This document shows, in pieces, positions 52,601 through 62,899 of a DNA stretch of 64,000 nt. The number at the start of each line of letters is the position of its first letter. Within the stretch, counting starts at the first letter, position 1. A program made the position numbers and the translations under genes. The notes under the pieces are model-generated. The model was not told the DNA's origin, searched no databases, and was given only the letters and a program-made list of their open reading frames with translations. Origin of the DNA: Octopus sinensis (taxonomy: Eukaryota); NCBI RefSeq assembly GCF_006345805.1, contig NC_042999.1, forward strand, positions 77,562,001 through 77,626,000, in the 5' to 3' direction.

Positions 52601-52859
52601 CCAGTTAGCCTACCTTTGACATTGCTGCACCTCTTATGTGTCCATAGCTTACACTTGGTACATCTTATAGAGTTTCTACCTACACCTTTTCTACAGATCG
52701 AGCAAGGCCATCTTCCCGAGGATATTGTGGATTGTCTACCTTTCTACTTATTAGTACTTTGGTTTTAGCTAGGTTGACTCTAAGGCCCCCGATTCTAAAC
52801 CCTCCTTCCACACCTGGAACTTCTCCTCCAGTTCTGATAGTGACTCAGCAATTAGAGCG

Positions 52860-52909
<50 letters not shown>

Positions 52910-52953
52910 TATATATAATCTATATAAATATATACATATATATTATACATATC

Positions 52954-52985
<32 letters not shown>

Positions 52986-53212
52986 TATATATATTATAGA
53001 ATAATATATATAATACCTATACTATATATATATATATATATTTATATACATATATATATAAATATATATATTATATATATATATATATACATATATAAAT
53101 ATATATATATATATATTACAGCTATATATATATATACAATATGAATATATATATATATATACATATATAATATATATATATATAAAAAATATATATATAT
53201 ATACATATATAA

Positions 53213-53257
<45 letters not shown>

Positions 53258-56108
53258 TATATACATATATAATAAAATATATATATATATATATATATAC
53301 ATCATCATCATCATCATCATCATCGTTTACGTCGTTTTCCGCGCTAGCACGGGTTGGACGGTTTGACCGGGGTCTGGGGAGCATGGACTGCCCCAGGCTC
53401 CAGTCTGATCTGGCAGTTTTTCTACAGCTGGATGCCCTTCCTAACGCCAACCACTCCGCGAGTGTAGTGGGTGCTTTTTACGTGCCACCTGCACAGGTGC
53501 CAGAGGGGTCTGGCATCGGCCACGATCGGTTATTGCCTTTTTTCGTTGCATTGCGGCAGGGGGGGGTTCCGGCAGAGAGGAGAGAGGGAGAGAGAGTGGT
53601 GGGGGGGTGCATGTAATATAGGGGAGCACCAGTGGGGAAGGTTTGGGGTAAAGAGAAACGATGACAGGTAGGGTTGGTGGCAGGTTCTAGACAGAATGAA
53701 AAGTAGGAAGTAAAACATAGGATATCACGAGTGGGGGGGGGGCTGGAAGGAGATAGCCGGTTGAGGCAGTAGGACACATTTCAAAACAGGAGGAACATAA
53801 GATAACAGGTTAAGTGGGACGTTTGATGAGCTGCAGCGCTAGCTGCTTCTGTCCAGGGGGGGGGGAGAGGCAGGGGGTAAAATACATAGTGAGAAGTATA
53901 TTGAGGAGGAGTGGTAGGAGGAACAGACACACGTAGTGGTGGCGGTAGTAGAGGGGATATCCGGTGAGGATGGTGTAAACAGAGTGTTCTCCGGTATGGG
54001 TGGTGGGGGTGGGAGGGCGGGCGAACCGCGAACGAATGGCGGGCTGCGAAGATTTTGATTGGGGACAGTAGATTTAAAACAAACGAATGGCGGGCTGCGA
54101 AGATTTTGATTGGGGACAGTAGACTTAAAACAATCGGGGTTTGAAGAAATGAACAGAGTAGTAAGAACAAATTAACTTTGGTACCGAGGGGATAAACAAA
54201 TTAAAGGGTTATATTTTAAGAACAAGCAGAATTAGTGAATAGATTCGAACATTAAGGGTTAGCAGCAAATGTTATATATATATATATATAATATATATAT
54301 AATATATATGTGTGTATGTGTGTGTGCGTGTATGTTTGTGTGTCTGTGTTTTCCCCCTGGCATTGCTTGACAACTGATGCTGGTGTGTTATTTCCCCGTT
54401 ACTTAGCGGTTCGCAAAAGAGACAGATAGAATAAGTACTGGGCTTACAAAGAATAAGTCCCGGGGTCGAGTTGTTCGATTAAAGGCGGTGCTCCAGCATG
54501 GCCGCAGTCAAATGACTGAAACAAGTAAAAAAGAGAAGAAAGAGCAAGAGAAAAGAAACTTTATATCAATTATACAACCCACAGAGTAGGGGTTACATTT
54601 TCACTGTCTTGCAGGATACTTGGCCACCCAACTAGTGCTGGGTTAATAAAAAAAATACCTGGTACCCCCTGCAAGTTGGATGGCATCGACAAAGGTGTTC
54701 AGCAGAGGAAACCATGCTCATGAAGTCCTTTACCCAACCTAGGGAAGTTGGATGTTAAATCATGTCTATTCTGTTGTGACTATGTGTCTAGTTGAATTTG
54801 AATTGTGAGGAGATGATTACTATAATTATGAGTTATACTGAATTCGGATTGTTCGGTTTGAACAGCAGTTTTAACATAATTTCTAGGTGACACCTTGGGC
54901 AAGTGTCTTCTACTATAGCCTCGGGCCGACCAAAGCCTTGTGAGTGGATTTGGTAGGCGGAAACTGAAAGAAGCCCGTCATATATGTATATATATATATA
55001 TAGTGTGTATGTGTGTCTGTGTTTGTCCCCCTAGCATTGCTTGACAACCGATGCTGGTGGTTTATGTCCCCGTTACTTAGCGGTTTGGCAAAAGAGACCG
55101 ATAGAATAAGTACTGGGCTTACAAAGAATAAGTCCCGGGGTCGAGTTGCTCGACTAAAGGCGGCGCTCCAGCATGCCGCAGTCAGTCAAATGACTGAAAC
55201 AAGTAAAAGAGTAAAAAAGAAAAAGGGAGTAACTAAACACTTTTAAACTTCGTTTATACTGGTAGAATGTGTTATAAAACATCTTTTTCTCTGGGCTTTA
55301 TTGAGAAAATTCTATAGTTTGTAAGATATTTGTTACTTTTTTTCTCCAATTCTGCAATTTCAACCAATCAGTGACGTCTATTGAGGTAAAAAAAACATTC
55401 TGTGCCGTATGAATATGTCCTTGTTTAAACCTTTAGTGTTCTGATTATTCTATCAAACATAATGCTTATAGATTCCCATTGATTTGAATTAATCATGCAT
55501 TATCTCATATCTTCAAGATCTTGATGGTGTTATTACTTAATGTAGAATAACATTGTAGGGTAGGTGTGAGAGCCTGGATCTGGTCAGTTTGAACATAAAA
55601 CAGATTAAATATTTTGGCCGGATAGGGCCGGTTTAAATACTAAAGGGTAAGAAACAGATTGGGTTTATTTACATTTGTGAAGAACAAATGATACCCTTCC
55701 CCCACCCCTAAACCTAAAACAGATTGAAATGCAATAGATTGATACTAGGGTCATAATTATGGATGACAATTTCATATGACACCGCTAGAAAAAACTGCCG
55801 TTCAAACCGAAAAGATCTACAGTTTGTGTTATGAGTAGCAGGATTAAAGCTTTGTATGTGTCTACGACTTTTGATTTCACCTGTATTTTTGACCTGCATT
55901 TTCAATCTTTTGAAAATTGCTTTTGACTTGTAATTTAATCTCATTCAATTCATTTACTGTAAAACTGTGTTGGTGTAGTATGTGTATTATTAGTAGCATA
56001 ATAGACAGAGTTGTGTATAATTGTGTCATTTGAAGTCTATCACATCAAATGAGGCCATATATATAATATATATACATATATAAATATATATTTATACATA
56101 TATAAAAT

Positions 56109-56189
<81 letters not shown>

Positions 56190-56420
56190 CATATATAAAT
56201 ATATATATTTATACATATATAAATATATATACATATATTTATACATATATAAATATATATACATATTATTTATACATATATAAAATATATACATATATAT
56301 TTATTACATATATAATATATATACATATATATTTATACATATATAAATATATATACATATATAAATATATACATATATATTTATACATATATAAATATAT
56401 ATATATAAATATATATATAC

Positions 56421-56451
<31 letters not shown>

Positions 56452-56614
56452 CATATATAAATATATATATATATATACATATATAAATATATATATATAT
56501 ACATATAAATATATAAATATATATATACATATATAAATATAGATACATATATATATATATATACATATATAATATATATACATATATATATACATATATA
56601 TATATATACTATAT

Positions 56615-56655
<41 letters not shown>

Positions 56656-56695
56656 GATATAATATATACATATATAAATATATATATATATATAC

Positions 56696-56736
<41 letters not shown>

Positions 56737-56775
56737 ATATAGTATATACATATATAAATATATATACATATATAC

Positions 56776-56809
<34 letters not shown>

Positions 56810-56851
56810 TATATAGTATATACATATATAAATATATATACATATATACTA

Positions 56852-56886
<35 letters not shown>

Positions 56887-56892
56887 GCTATA

Positions 56893-56931
<39 letters not shown>

Positions 56932-58938
56932 TATATAAATATATATATATATGCTATATAAATATATATATATATATATAATATATGCTATATAAATATA
57001 TATATATATATATATATAAATCTAGAGGCAAGTGAAAATCAAATCAAAACAAATCAAAGTAGATGAACATCAGGGAATTTGTATCTTTGTGGTACCAGTG
57101 CCGGTGGCACACAAGAAAACCATCCGGACGTGGCCGTAGCCAGTACCGCATCGACTGGCCTCCGTGCTGTTGGCACGTAACAAACACCATCCGATCGTGG
57201 CCGTTCGCCAGCCTCGTCTGGCACCTGTGTCGGTGACACATAAAAACACCATCCGAAGACCCGGCAAGACTAGTCAGGTCATAACCTGTGGCCCCTACCT
57301 GGGACGTAGTCAGTCCACCTGTGCATACCTTCCTTCTTGCGACACTTGTGAAGACCTGTTGAGGCAAGTGAAAATCAAAACAAATCAAAATAGATGAACA
57401 TCAATGGAATTTGTATCTTTGTGGTACCAGTGCCGGTGGCACACAAGAAAACCGTCCGAACCTGGCTGTAGCCAGTACCGCATCGACTGGCCTCCGTGTT
57501 GTGGGCACATAACAAACACCATCCGATCGTGGCCGTTCGCCAGCCTCATCTGGCACCTGTGTCGGTGGCACATAAAAACACCATCCGAAGACCCGGCAAG
57601 ATTAGTCAGGCCATAACTCGTGGCCCCTACCTGGGACGTAGTCAGTCCACCTGTGCATACCTTCCTTCTTGTGACACTTGTGAAGACCTGTTAAGGCAAG
57701 TGAAAATCAAATCAAATCAAATCATATCAAAACAAATCAAAATAGATGAACATCAATGGAATTTATATCTTTGTGGTACCAGTGCCGGTGGCACACAAGA
57801 AAACCATCTGAACATGGCCGTAGCCAGTACCGCATCGACTGGCCTCCGTGCTGTGGGCACGTAACAAACACCATCCGATCATGGCCGTTCGCCAGCCTCA
57901 TGTGGCACATAAAAACACCATCCGAAGACCTGGCAAGACTAGTCAGGCCATAACCCGTGGCCCCTACCTGGGACGTAGTCAGTCCACCTGTGCATACCTT
58001 CCTTCTTGTGACACTTGTGAAGACCTGTTGAGGCAAGTGAAAATCAAAATAGATGAACATCAATGGAATTTGTATCTCTGTGGTACCAGTGCCGGTGGCA
58101 CACAAGAAAACCATCCGAACGTGGCCGTAGCCAGTACCGCATCGACTGGCCTCCGTGCTGTGGGCACGTAACAAACACCATTCGATCGTGGCCGTTCGCC
58201 AGCCTCATCTGGCACCTGTGTCGGTGACACATACAAACACCATCCGAGCGTGGCCGTCTGCCAGCCTTGTCTGGCACCTGTGTCGGTGGCACATAAAAAA
58301 CACCATCCAAGCGTGGTCGTTCGCCAGCCTCGTCTGGCACCTGTGTCGGTGGCACATAAAATCACCCACTACACTCTCGGAGTGGTTGGCGTTAGGAAGG
58401 GCATCCAGCTGCAGAAACACTGCCAGATCTGACTGGCCTGGTGCAGCCTTCGGGCTTCCCAGACCCCAGTTGAACCGTCCAACCCATGCTAGCATGGAAA
58501 GCGGACGTTAAATGATGATGATGATGATGATGATGATGATGGCCAAATGCTTATTTTAGTCAATTTGTAATGACAAAGTTGCTCATGAACAGATGAGAAA
58601 ATGAGAAGAATAGAAAAAAAAATATATATTAATTTCTTTTTGGTATGGCAGAAGAAGGCTTATATTTCAAAGGAATGGGAATGGAAAATTAAGACTTACA
58701 TGCCTTTCTCAAGAGTATTAGCAAAAAAAATACTGATTATGATTTTGATATAATATTTTGTTGTTTTCAAATAAAAGAAGATGTGTTTTTTTAAAATCTA
58801 CATCAGAAATTTTAAAACATTACAATATCTATTTTCCTTTTACAGAACAGCTCTACAGATCCTCATCTCACTCCATTGAACCTCATTATCTGCCTTGTGT
58901 GCCAATATTTTGAACAGAAAGATCTTATCAGCTGTTAA
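23728..58938 (+). CDS. GEMIN2: Gem-associated protein 2 (Gemin2/SIP1), 8 coding exons, 762 nt, 253 aa
   Basis: Eight GT-AG exons join in frame to [14 protein letters not shown]...[26 protein letters not shown]...[21 protein letters not shown]...EWFKLCFG...[14 protein letters not shown]...[35 protein letters not shown]...[20 protein letters not shown]. This matches the Gemin2 hallmarks EYLRRV, W..Q...F, GRW.YALL..L.KPL.P and LNL.I.LV..YF.Q.DL. Confidence 0.95.
25240..25590 (-). mobile_element. tRNA-derived SINE with RTE tail
   Basis: Reverse complement of head (ggaactgaacccagaaccatatggttgggaagcaa), core (ctaccaaatccactcacaaagctttgg) and tail. Confidence 0.7.
26405..26970 (+). mobile_element. 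Full-length-like tRNA-derived SINE (head + core + (TA)n(TG)n + body + RTE-like (GAT)n tail)
   Basis: Head gtggtaagaagcttg...gggttcagtcccactgc; core caccttggacaaatgtcttct; tail aaaacaatgatgatg. Confidence 0.8.
27099..27189 (+). CDS. GEMIN2: Gemin2 coding exon 2 ([31 protein letters not shown])
   Basis: Acceptor ttttctctttag|G, donor GCA|gtatgt; 91 nt, restores the phase from exon 1; EA..CP.VVVA motif. Confidence 0.92.
29654..29743 (+). CDS. GEMIN2: Gemin2 coding exon 3 ([30 protein letters not shown])
   Basis: Acceptor ttcccag|, donor CAA|gtaagt; 90 nt; P..EW...Q...F..IRQ motif. Confidence 0.92.
29806..30760. mobile_element. Cluster of RTE-tail, SINE and RTE RT fragments
   Basis: RTE tail on minus (29806-29945), SINE head/core on plus (~30005-30360), RTE RT fragment on minus (~30370-30760, incl. 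gagaattgagcccttatgg = QGS.LSP). Confidence 0.65.
32150..32520 (-). mobile_element. tRNA-derived SINE (same family as 46437-46790)
   Basis: tttcagtcatttgactgcggccatgctggagcac...ctaccaaatccactcacaaagc...ggaactgaacccagaatcatgtggttggtaagcaagctactt...cacagccactcc. Confidence 0.88.
33548..34260 (-). mobile_element. Composite element: GC-rich unknown body fused to an RTE 3' tail (copy 1)
   Basis: The RTE tail (33548-33786) abuts a body containing ggggagcaccagtgggga and ccggtat..gtggtggggg, shared with 53300-54200. Confidence 0.55.
35356..35415 (+). CDS. GEMIN2: Gemin2 coding exon 4 ([20 protein letters not shown])
   Basis: Acceptor tcatctcttctag|, donor CTT|gtaagt; 60 nt in frame. Poorly conserved region, so supported mainly by splice signals and phase. 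Confidence 0.75.
36358..36570 (+). mobile_element. tRNA-derived SINE with Deu/Nin-like central domain
   Basis: B-box-like gagttcaaattcc, then ttcatccttctggggttgataaaataagtaccag, resembling the DeuSINE/Nin core. A reverse copy lies at ~39300-39410. Confidence 0.65.
37131..38430 (-). mobile_element. Decayed L1/Tx1-like ORF1 (zinc-knuckle, gag-like) without an adjacent ORF2
   Basis: Three overlapping minus-strand ORFs (38004-38420, 37573-38115, 37131-37541) join by frameshifts. [26 protein letters not shown] is a CX2CX4HX4C knuckle with the first Cys mutated to Ser. Followed by an A-rich stretch. Confidence 0.65.
38445..38590 (-). mobile_element. CR1-like LINE 3' fragment
   Basis: [30 protein letters not shown], homologous to 20680-20770. 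Confidence 0.75.
38765..38863. mobile_element. hAT-type MITE terminus
   Basis: Ends ...GGTTGAGAACCACTG (CAGTGGTTCTCAACC-type TIR). Confidence 0.45.
39571..39702 (+). CDS. GEMIN2: Gemin2 coding exon 5 ([15 protein letters not shown]...[12 protein letters not shown])
   Basis: Acceptor ttttattgcag|, donor CAG|gtaaga; 132 nt; W..FC.G and P.LS.V...Q motifs. Confidence 0.92.
41620..42055 (+). mobile_element. RTE 3' end plus UTR with (GAT)n tail
   Basis: gcttgagaagacctgttgag...ggaagggcatccggctgtagaaac...ccaacccatgccagcatggaaa...gatgatgatgatg. Confidence 0.85.
42073..43503. repeat. Near-perfect ~1.4-kb palindrome (~690-bp arms, 46-nt spacer) in Gemin2 intron 5
   Basis: 42073-42769 is the reverse complement of 42816-43503. 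I saw about 3 substitutions plus differing (GT)n and A-run lengths. Confidence 0.95.
43620..44385 (-). mobile_element. RTE LINE fragment (EN-RT linker / RT start)
   Basis: ...[12 protein letters not shown]...[24 protein letters not shown]...[26 protein letters not shown]. Confidence 0.88.
45033..45548 (+). mobile_element. Non-autonomous Helitron (family 2)
   Basis: A|TCTCTCTCTATATAAAC 5' end; 3' hairpin CCCGG-GCAATG-CCGGG 8 nt before CTAG|T. Confidence 0.8.
46324..46392 (+). CDS. GEMIN2: Gemin2 coding exon 6 ([23 protein letters not shown])
   Basis: Acceptor tctttttcag|, donor CAG|gtaaat; 69 nt in frame. Confidence 0.88.
46437..46790 (+). mobile_element. tRNA-derived SINE, well preserved
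   Basis: gcaggagtggctgtgtggtaagtagcttg...ccgggttcagtcccac (A/B boxes); core caccttgggcaagtg; 3' gactgaaacaagtaaatgaga. Starts 45 bp after the exon 6 donor. Confidence 0.9.
47104..47317. mobile_element. TTAA-flanked (piggyBac-like) MITE
   Basis: TTAA at 47100-47103 and 47318-47321; right end CTAAAGGG|TTAA; homologous to 55429-55647. Confidence 0.65.
48038..48148 (+). CDS. GEMIN2: Gemin2 coding exon 7 ([37 protein letters not shown])
   Basis: Acceptor tttctattgcag|, donor ATG|gtatgt; 111 nt; most conserved Gemin2 block. Confidence 0.95.
49029..49441. mobile_element. MITE with ~29-bp TIRs and 8-bp TSD (Merlin- or hAT-like)
   Basis: TIR GGATCTTTTCGGTTTGAACGGCAGTTTTT / AAAAACTACCGTTCAAACCGAAAAGATCC; exact TSD GGTTATTG at 49021-49028 and 49442-49449. 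Confidence 0.9.
51270..52800 (-). mobile_element. RTE LINE 3' 1.5 kb, young subfamily, with 4 x 63-bp UTR subrepeats
   Basis: ORF 51923-52279 (...[21 protein letters not shown]...[22 protein letters not shown]); UTR repeat units at ~51422, 51485, 51548 and 51612. Confidence 0.92.
52860..53300. repeat. Compound (TA)n microsatellite
   Basis: Almost exclusively A/T dinucleotide repeats. Confidence 0.95.
53300..54200 (-). mobile_element. Composite element: GC-rich unknown body fused to an RTE 3' tail (copy 2)
   Basis: Same RTE-tail variant (ccgcgctagcacggg; gtgccagaggggtctggcatcggccacg) and a body homologous to 33548-34260; internal ~50-bp tandem duplication at ~54030-54130. Confidence 0.55.
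54846..55818. mobile_element. Second copy of the 8-bp-TSD MITE, interrupted by a SINE (54887-55228) and a TTAA MITE (55429-55647)
   Basis: Removing the two inserts restores the sequence of 49029-49441. The TTAA MITE sits at the TTAA seen empty in the intact copy (catTTAAgaaac). Confidence 0.85.
56059..57020. repeat. ~960-bp compound AT-rich satellite ((TA)n with TACA/TAAA variants)
   Basis: Recurrent higher-order units such as atatatacatatataaat and tatatactatatataaat. Confidence 0.95.
57025..58540 (+). mobile_element. Tandem array of RTE 3' UTR units (~335-bp period x3, plus a complete terminal unit with (GAT)n tail)
   Basis: Unit start gaggcaagtgaaaatcaa at 57025, 57361, 57693 and 58030; (GAT)n at ~58513-58540. 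Confidence 0.92.
58846..58938 (+). CDS. GEMIN2: Gemin2 terminal coding exon 8 ([30 protein letters not shown])
   Basis: Acceptor ttccttttacag|; TAA at 58936-58938; C-terminal LNL.I.LV..YF.Q.DL motif. Confidence 0.95.
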   Translation, partial: NSSTDPHLTPLNLIICLVCQYFEQKDLISC

Positions 58939-59344
58939 AACAAGAGAGATTTCATTCACAGAAAAGACTGCAAAGATATCTTAACAGCAGCTAATGATTT
59001 AACTTATGATTTGAAAGTTAATTTACTCTAATTAGACTTTTGCTGGCTCAGCTTATTTAGAAGAAATATTGGACTGTATATAACAAACCAATCACCTTGT
59101 TTATCAACTTACAGCATAACTCAGTGTTTCTACAGGCTGTCTATGATTTTTGCAAGTACATTTCAAAGAGACTTCCATTCTGTTTTTTTTTTCATTCATT
59201 ATTTGATAAACAAAAGTTTTCTCTTTTATTGTTGTCTTTATTATTGTTGTTGATACTTAGTTTGATCAAACTTATGATCAAAGCCAATTCACCCATGACC
59301 AGATCATCTTTTTCTTTATCTAAGAATATAAAATATCTGGTGGA

Positions 59345-60960
59345 GTTGGATATAGCCTAGTCACCTATATAGTTAAACCAGGTTGTCCATGAAGGAGTCA
59401 TAGCCAATGATTGGTGTAGCAGCGTTATAGTCAACTGCTACAAAGGCAAAGGTGACGCTTTAGACAGGAATAATTACAGAGACATCATATTGCTGGACCA
59501 GGTGATGAAAGTCAGAGGAAGGGCCATAGCTCAATTAATTAGGAAGAGAGTTAGTGCAGATGACATGCAGTTTGGATTTGTGCCTGGCAGGAGCATGACT
59601 GATGCTATATTCTTGGTTAGGCAGCTGCAGGAGAAATATCTAGCCAAAAATAAACCCCTGGCTTTGGTTGACGTGCAGAGAGCCTTTGACAGAGACCTCC
59701 ACTCCATTATCTGATGGTCAATGCAGAAGCTAGGGATAGATGAGTAGTTGGTGAGAGTTGTACAAGCCATATACAGGGATGCTGTCAGTAAGGTGAAGGT
59801 TAGCAACAAGTATATTGATGAATTCAAGGTACAAGTAGGGGTCCACCAAGGATCAGTCCTTAGTCCCCTCCTGTTCATCATAGTCCTCCAGACAATAACA
59901 GAGGAATTTAAGACAGGCTGCCCTTGGGAGCTCCTGTATGCTGGTGACCTTGTTCTTATAGCTGAATCACTACCAGTACTAGAAAAAAAAATTTCAGGCA
60001 TGGAAGCAAGGTCTGGAATTGAAGGGCCTTAGAGTTAATCTAGCAAAAGCCAAAGTCTTAGTAGGCAGAACAGGCAAATTATAAATCCCTTCAAGTAGAT
60101 GACCCTGATGGCCTTGCTCGATCTGTAGAAAAGGTATAGGTAGTAACTCGATAAAATGTACCTGGTGTAAGCTATGGACACATAAGAGGTACCTCAATAT
60201 CAGAGGAAAGTTAACAGGAAAAATAGTTTTTGTGTATGAGAGATGCACAGGTACAATTAACACCAAAATGTACAGAAAATAGACTCCATCAAATATCAGT
60301 GGGGAAAACTAGAAGTAGTTGATAGCTTCTGCTTCCTTGGGGACCAAATTTGTAACAGAGGTGGAAGCTCTGAGAATATAGCTGCTAGAATAAGAATAGG
60401 CTGGGTATAGTTCAGAAAGCTCCTAACTCTGTTGGTAACAAAAGGGCTCTCTCTCAGAGTGAAAGGCAGATTGTACGATGCCTGTGTACAAACACCCATA
60501 CTACACAGCAGTGAAACATGGGCTGTGACCGCCGAGGACATGCGAAGGCTTGAAAGAAATGAAGCCAGTATGCTTCACTGGATGTGTAATGTCAGTGTGC
60601 ATGTATGGTAGAGTGTAAGCATCTTGAGAAAAAAGGTGGGCATAAGAGGCATCAGATGTTGTGTGCAAGAAAGACGACTGCACTGGTATGGTCATGCGTA
60701 TGGATGGGAACAGCTGTGAGAAGTGCCAATCTCTAATTGTGGAGGGAAACTGTGGAAGAGGTAGACTCAGAAAGACATGGGACAAGGCAGTGTAGCATGA
60801 TCTTCGAATGTTGGATCAATGTAACATGATCTTCATGGAGGCAATGACAAGTGACTGAGACCTTTGGTGATATGCAGTTCTAAGTGAAATCGCAGTCATG
60901 GCTGATAGCAGTGTCTTGTAACTGACACTTGTGCCAGTGGCATGTAAAAAGCACCCTTCA
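59345..60960 (+). mobile_element. RTE LINE RT plus C-terminal region, decayed
   Basis: MQFGFVPGRSMTDAIFLVRQLQEKY...VHQGSVLSPLLFIIV...WELLYAGDLVLIAES; Cys-rich PCSICRKG...[11 protein letters not shown]; multiple stops. Confidence 0.92.
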
Positions 60961-61039
60961 AATGTCAGGTGATATGCTGTACTTGAGAAAACCCATCAAG
61001 CAAGTGAAATTGTCGCTGATGCCACTATTGTGTTACTAG

Positions 61040-61702
61040 TACCTCTGCAGTCTGGCATTGTCATAATGAAAAACAGTGCCTTTAGCAAGTACTGGACACT
61101 TCTAGTGGATTGTTGCGTTTAATTTGTCCAGCTTGTCACCATACACATCCGAATCAGTGGTCCTGCCCATTAGAAGAAGCTCATAACTGTCGATACCCCT
61201 CCAATCCCCTGACATTGGAAGCATAACTTTCTTCAAGTGAAGTTCTGCTTTGAAGGTTGTCTGTGGTGTTTCGCTGTTCTCCCATGATCGTTTGCACTTC
61301 ACATTGTTATAGATGTCGTCTAACTCCATTTTGTTGCTGTTAATCTTAAAAAGCTGGCCAGAGTGAGGTGCATCTTGAATCAAAAACTTTCCTGATCTAA
61401 ATTGTCAGAACCACTTCTGGCACACATTTCAGTATCCTCTCTGTACACAGCACTTATCTTCTTGGAAGTTTCTGCCACTTTCTCACCATTTTTGAAATAA
61501 GAAAAAGCACATGATGTCAATAACATTCATTTTGGTTCTCCATTTTCAGGTGATCCGAAGCACACAAAATAATACCTGTCGCAAGATTGTGTCAAACTAC
61601 GTTGAAGTATCAAATCTCAAATGAGTGTGCGTACACTGCGGTAAAACTGAAGTTAGCTACTTATTAGTACTTGAAGTTTAGTACCAACAAAAACCAAACA
61701 TA
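61040..61702 (-). mobile_element. Mariner (Mos1/Hsmar-like) transposon relic, internally deleted
   Basis: Minus strand MENQNECY*HHVL...IQDAPHSGQ...KAELHLKKVMLPMSGDWRGIDSYELL...TTDSDVY...VFHYDNAR. Confidence 0.8.
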
Positions 61703-62899
61703 CTTTTTGACTAACGCAATAGATAGCCTGTCAATCCATATTAACCCATTCCCTCAAATGTTTAAAAAAAAAGTCCAGATATTATCTCAGTTATCATCTG
61801 GAAGAGTCCACTCGTCTACTAACATATATTGGACTTCTGTAACGAAGAAAGAAACCAACTGTGTTCTTGAAATCTACATTTAATTCTTAAAAAAACCTGT
61901 GATCATCTGCCTCAGAGTTACTGAGAAATTAAACCCTAGCCTCTTGCTTTAAAAAAATGTACAATTCTATGCTACTTAATCACATTGATTCCTTTATAAG
62001 ATGGAACCAAAATAGCTTCTGCTAGAACTTTGCCCTAAGAAGAATTATAGAAGAGCTCAGGATTTCCCAGAAAAAGTTTTCAATTGTATTTGTGGATTCC
62101 TCCAAAGCATTTGTTAGTGTCAACAGAAAGACCATGTTACCTATCCTGCTGAACTATGGTATCCCAGATGAAATTATCAAAGCTGTCACCATCATGTGCT
62201 AAACCTCATCAAACTTTGTGAAAATCATACAGCAGGAATCCCTCAGGGAGATGGACAACATCCTTAAGCAAAGTCTTCCATTCAAGACAAAGGCTTCACC
62301 ATTAAGCAGAAGTAATTCAGACATCAATAGAGCATGTATCTCTTTGATCTTGACTATGATCTTACTCTCACAGCTCATCAACAGTGTTACATACAAGATT
62401 AATTAGCATCCCTTAAGAATGCCTTAGCCAAAGTTTGTTTCTCAATACAAAGAAGATTGAATATATGACCATCAATGAAGATGAAGCCTAAGAGGCTGAA
62501 GACAACCAGTCCCAGACTGGATGTCGACAGACTCAAAAGACAATGGTGTAAGCAAGACTTATTTGCTGCAGTTCGGGTCTGAGCTAATGTAGTGCTGGTC
62601 CCTTGACTGAAGCTGTGGGGATGTTGGAAACTTACAAGGACATGCTGTTGTCGACTTTCAAAAAAGGGTCAGGAGATGTGGTCTTTACTGGGAGACCCTT
62701 GCATTGGTGGTGTGCAGCAGCAGGGCGAGGTTAGGTGGATGTCCCTCATGATTTATTTTGGGGACTGAGATGTGCGGTAGTCAGAGCACAAAGAAAAGCA
62801 GGTTTGAGGAGTTTCTGAGGAGGTCGATAGTCAACTTCATACTTCTGACTCATGTACTGTCTACATAAGAATTATTATGCTTAGGTGGGCAGAGCCTCC

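Noticed and set aside
52860-57020. Many Y/I/M-rich ORFs (also at 26496-26803 and 40730-41051)
   Set aside because: Translations of (TA)n/(TG)n microsatellites.
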